A stretch of DNA of 64,000 nucleotides, from the NCBI GenBank assembly GCA_963752255.1, contig CAVVXT010000019.1, forward strand, positions 224,001 to 288,000. Direction: 5' to 3'. The number at the start of each line of letters is the position of its first letter. The stretch's first letter is position 1. The stretch comes from Nitrososphaeria archaeon. Lineage in GTDB: Archaea; Thermoproteota; Nitrososphaeria; JACIWG01. Made by a program: the position numbers and the translations under genes. The notes below the pieces were generated by a model that was not told the origin of the DNA, made no database searches, and saw nothing but the letters and a program-made list of their open reading frames with translations. Of the stretch, positions 59,614 to 64,000 are shown piece by piece.

Positions 59614-60379
59614 ATGGAAATGAACAAAGAACAAAAGATATTGACAATCTCTATATTGGCGCTTGCGATAGTTCTTATATCAAGCTCCTTATATCCGATA
59701 CTAGTGAGCACTTCAACCACTGACACAAATATACCGGCGGAACATACTATTTCAGTTATCGGAACAGGGGATGTCAAAGTCAACCCTGACCTAGCAAGAA
59801 TCCTATTCAGCGCAGTTACCGAAGGAAATACAACAAAAGATGCGGTAGCGATGAATTCTGAAATCTTCAACAAACTTTTAGACAGATTAACGGGGATAGG
59901 CATAACCAAAGACCAGATACAGACAACTGGTTACAACATCTACCCAGTCTACGAATATCCAAAGGACAACAGTCAACCCTACATAATGGGATACACAGTT
60001 CAACACGATCTAAGAGGTGTCAGTTAATAATTCAGATGTGACACAACTAGGAGTGACCGCAGGAAATGTAATCGATGAAGCAGTTGCGGCTGGCATCAAC
60101 CAGGTATCGGGAGTACAGTTCACTGTGTCAGAGCAAAGCCTTAAGCAGTTAAATAGTCAAGTAATACAATTAGCAATATCCGAAGCTTCAGATAAGGCAA
60201 ACATTACAGCTAAAGCATTAGGTGTTAAGATCGTTGGTGTACAGTCAACTAGTGAGAGTTCACTGACTCCATATCCTGTCTTCAACACAGTAGACGCAAA
60301 GCAAGCACAAGGAACGATATTTATTCCGGGAACAGTCACAATATCAACTTCGATAAATATTGTATACATCATAGGCTAG
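59614..60379 (+). CDS. SIMPL (DUF541) domain protein, +1 frameshift near 60012-60017
   Basis: Signal/TM helix, ISVIGTGDVKVNPD, IQTTGYNIYPVY; second frame IDEAVAAGINQVSGVQF, A...AKALGV. Confidence 0.85.
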
Positions 60380-60648
60380 CGAAAAAACCTAACTATTCAT
60401 CAATGAAGGCAAATTGGATGATAAGGCCTTCCCTCCCTTTTTATTAACGAGCATTAATAAAAATGATACTGCAGCTAAAAGTCAACAAAAAAATACTCCT
60501 TGATTTGAATAAAAATGAGAACATATTTCCTGAAACAAATTCGTAATAAAAGAAGGAAAATTTATCGATGAGAAAGGTATAAAACCAAGGCAGACAAATA
60601 TATAGCTGAGTTGAGAGAAAAGATAGAGTTCAATGAAATAAAGGGTTT

Positions 60649-63439
60649 CTAAACTTTTTGTTTTATACTTCTTCTACGAAGTATTGCCTTTCTTATTTCT
60701 TCTAATATGAATATTACCGGCGCAAAGCTATAGAGGTAGATCCAATCGGATAAAGAAAGAGGTGTCGTTCCAAATAAGGTATTGAAGAACGGCACATAAA
60801 CTATAGTTATCATTATAGCCAATGATGAGACAATTCCTATTAAGATCCATTTATTCCTTAATGGACTTAATTTGTAAGCAGGTTCCAAATTGGTCCTCGC
60901 AGCCAGAAGGGTTCCAAGTTGTCCAGCTATTATTCCTACCATGACCATGGTTGTGCCTTTAGAATATAGTAAAGGATTAGCAACTGTATTTTGACCTAAA
61001 GACCATCCTGCTTGAGACCACTTGTTAAATGCGTTTAACATAGCCCATAAGGAGATAAGTAAGCCAACATAAAACGCGTGAAATAATGTTTTAAAATCTA
61101 TTAGCCTAGTTCCTAGACGCCTTGGAGGCTTAAGCATAACATGAGGTTTGGGAGGTTCAAGGGTGATGGCAAGGGATGGAAGAAGATCCATGCCTAGATC
61201 TATCGCTAAAACTTGGGATACAAGAAGAGGTAACGGAATACTGAATAATATAAAAGCGATGAATGTGACCAGTTCAGCCATATTATGTACAAATACATAG
61301 TAAACGAATCGCTTTAGGTTATCGAATACCGATCTCCCAAGCTCTATTCCTTTAACGATAGACACGAAGTTATCATCTAGGAGAACCATATCAGCTGATT
61401 CCCTTGCGACATCTGTTCCCGTTAGGCCCATTGCGATTCCGACATGTGCTTCTAATAGGGCTGGCGAGTCATTTACGCCGTCCCCTGTGACAGAGACTAT
61501 TTCACCCTTGGATTTTAGATTGCGAACAATTCTTAGTTTTTGCTCAGGAGCCGTGCGTGCGAATACGATTTCGCGTGCATCCAAGACCTTTGAGAGCTCT
61601 ACATCAGATAACCTTGTAAGATCGGGACCCAGAAACTATGATATAGTCAGGCGAAGTCAAAATACCAACCCTTTTTGCAATCGCTTCAGCTGTGAGCTCG
61701 TAATCGCCGGTGATCATGATGACTCTCATTCCAGCACCTCTCGCTTTCTCCACTGCCTTTTCAACATCCGGCCTGGGAGGATCGTGCAGGGCAACTAATC
61801 CCAAAAAGATTAGATCCTTCTCAATCGCTTCAGATTGAAATTCTTTTAAATCGTTCGGCAGAGCCCTCAAAGCTAGCGCAAGCACCCTAAAAGCTTCAGC
61901 AGCAAATTGATTTATCTGATGATTTATTATCTCCCTCATACCTGCATCTAATTCAATTACATCATTGTTGAAAAATATTTTAGTACATTTCGATAGGACC
62001 TCAAACGGAGCACCTTTTGTGTAGGCTGTGATTTCACCTGTAACATTCTTATGCACACTTGTCATCATCTTTCTTCTTGAATCAAAAGGAATCAGAAAGA
62101 TTCTGGGATTTTCAGCGAGGGCAAGTCTTAGGTTAAAGTCTCCTTTTGCCGAAAGAACTAGGAGGGCAGCGTCTGTCGTGTCCCCAATCGCTGTCCACTT
62201 TGGAATTCTATCGGATGGAGGAATTAGCTGAGCGTTGTTTGCAAAAGCTGCTGTTTCAAAAATTCTTAGAATATGAGGCATCTCTAGTGAATTTGTCTTC
62301 CTTCCATCGATTGTGACGAAACCTTCAGGTTTATAGCCGTCTCCTGTGACTTCAAATATGTGTCCAGAAGCCCAACCTTTCTTAACGAACATTTCACCGC
62401 TTGTTATCGTCCCCGTTTTGTCAACACATATTACTGTAGTTGAGCCAAGAGTTTCAACCGCTGATAGACGCTTGACGACGACTTTTACCTTCGACATCGC
62501 GACAGCACCAAGAGCTAGTGCTAGGGAGACTGTAACCTGAAACCCTTCAGGAACAAGAGAGACCATAACACCTATCGAAAACAGCATACTCTGTATTAGT
62601 GTTAGATTCAGGAAAGACGACGATATTACAAAGAATAAACCAGCAACAGCTACTGCGACTAGAAAGTTGATCCTTGCCGTATAATTTATTTCCTTTTGCA
62701 ATGGGCTCAAAGGATCCTTTATTTCTCGTGCTATAGACACTATTCTGCCAAATTCAGTATTTTTCCCTGTAGAGACAATTATACCCTTTGCAAAACCTGA
62801 GGAAATAGTAGTTCCGGCAAAAACAATATTATCATAATCTGAAATATCTCCTTCAGAGATATTTGGTAGTGCTTCAACGAATCTTCTTTGAGGTTCTGAT
62901 TCGCCGGTTAGGACAGAATTGTCTACAGTGACTTCAAACATCGTAGTCAGTCTTATATCAGCTGGAACTCTATCGCCTTCCTCAAGCACTATCAAGTCTC
63001 CCGGAACCACACTCGAAGCAGAGATTTGTATCGTCAAACTTCGCCTTACAACTTTCGCGTATTCAGGAACCAATTTTTTAAGCGCTTCAACAGCTTTTTC
63101 TGCTCTAAATTCTTGGAAAACGCTGAAGACCGAGTTAATTATTACAACTAAGAAAATGGCGACACTTATCTGAATCGAACCAGCGTTGTTATATAATAAG
63201 CCACTAAAGAAAGAGAGAAGTGAAGCAAAAAGAAGAAGAACATTAAAAAGGTTCTCGAACTCTTTTAGAAACCTTATAACGACATTAGCCTTTTTGGTAG
63301 AAGGAAATATGTTATACCCATATTTGTCTAATCTCCCTTCAGCTTCTTCAGTAGAAAGTCCTGAAGGACTTGTACCAAATTCTTTGTAAAGTTCCTCCAC
63401 ACTTAAGGAGGCAGCTCGCTTGTAAGACAAAACAGGCAC
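60649..63439 (-). CDS. Type II cation-transporting P-type ATPase, +1 frameshift near 61624-61630
   Basis: LTGES, VPEG, DKTGT, KGAP, DPPR, MITGD, then FARTAPEQK, TGDGVNDSPAL, LAIDLGMD; removing one base joins SGSDLTRLSDVELSKVLDARE. Confidence 0.9.
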
Positions 63440-63747
63440 CCAAGATTATAGACTCCCAACGCCCAACTTCATAAAGGCCTATTTAACCATTTAGTAGGTT
63501 AATACGATTGAAACCATACGAAATGATGTTTGATGCATATAGATTACAACTCTCTAATCGGCTCTTATGAATTCTCTGAACCAAGTTAATTAGTTAAAAA
63601 CGAAATTAAGTATCATATTAGATTGTTAAAGAAAAATGGAAATTATTAGGTTAAAGCATGCTTTAATGTCATGTAGTTTGGCAAAGAAATAAAATAGTAC
63701 TATGTAAGTAAAACAAATTTATATAGATTCAGCTAATTTTAGGAAGC

Positions 63748-64000
63748 GTGTCAGAAATACAAGAGAACCACATTTTGATAAAGGTTCATCGCCCTGATAT
63801 ATATGAAAAAATCTTTTTCTTCCTTTCAGGGATAATAATAAGCGTACCTCTCACACTTTTTGTAGAGACTTTGGGAAGTCAGAATTTTTTTGGAATCCCA
63901 GACTTCTTTTTCAGCATTTTTTCTGTAGCAATTTTAGCCCCCTTAATTGAAGAATTTGCAAAAGCCTACCCCATCTTCTATCGCCATGGCGAAACTGAGA
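63748..64000 (+). CDS. PrsW family intramembrane protease, N-terminal part; runs off the window
   Basis: Manual translation from GTG 63748: hydrophobic helices, then APLIEEFAKAYPIFYRHGETE (PrsW EExxK motif). Confidence 0.75.
   Translation, partial: MSEIQENHILIKVHRPDIYEKIFFFLSGIIISVPLTLFVETLGSQNFFGIPDFFFSIFSVAILAPLIEEFAKAYPIFYRHGETE

Noticed and set aside
4960-61630. A programmed frameshifting system across the split genes
   Set aside because: Mixed +1 and -1 directions, no common slippery heptamer or stimulator, and unrelated gene functions.
36-63389. Many 60-200 aa ORFs antisense to or overlapping recognised genes (e.g. 487-711, 7508-7792, 38852-39382, 50516-51124)
   Set aside because: Shadow frames of well-supported genes with no family motifs.
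1-64000. CRISPR array, rRNA, integrase or transposase
   Set aside because: No regularly spaced 25-40 bp repeats, rRNA-like stretch or recombinase motifs seen by eye.

Overview
Archaeal chromosome segment, TACK-like by gene content and order; the lineage cannot be fixed from sequence alone. Left end (1-9.5 kb, minus strand): conserved uS13-uS4-uS11-Rpo3-eL18-uL13/uS9-Rpo10-enolase-uS2-MEMO1-mevalonate kinase-IPK-IDI2-GGPP synthase cluster. Right part (40.8-57.7 kb, minus strand): S10/spc ribosomal superoperon through secY, an EMC3-like gene, cmk and cbf5. Between them lie housekeeping genes, an intron-containing tRNA-Ser(GGA) and a ~22 kb patchwork accessory region (glycerol catabolism, split UxaA/SuyAB-like lyase, W/Mo ABC transporter with a ModE-like box, PadR-ABC exporter, Hsp20, beta-CASP nuclease, gene relics). 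The main unusual signal: the genes for uS13 and uS19, partner proteins of the 30S head, have no ATG/GTG/TTG at their conserved N-termini. Both have ACG there, behind an SD motif and just downstream of an in-frame stop, pointing to non-canonical initiation and possibly a fidelity-feedback circuit. uL13 and uS9 form one ORF. However, about six single-base indels in short homopolymers (enolase, P-type ATPase, SIMPL and others) indicate indel-prone sequence, so frame-dependent claims need read validation. No CRISPR array, rRNA, integrase or transposase was recognised.
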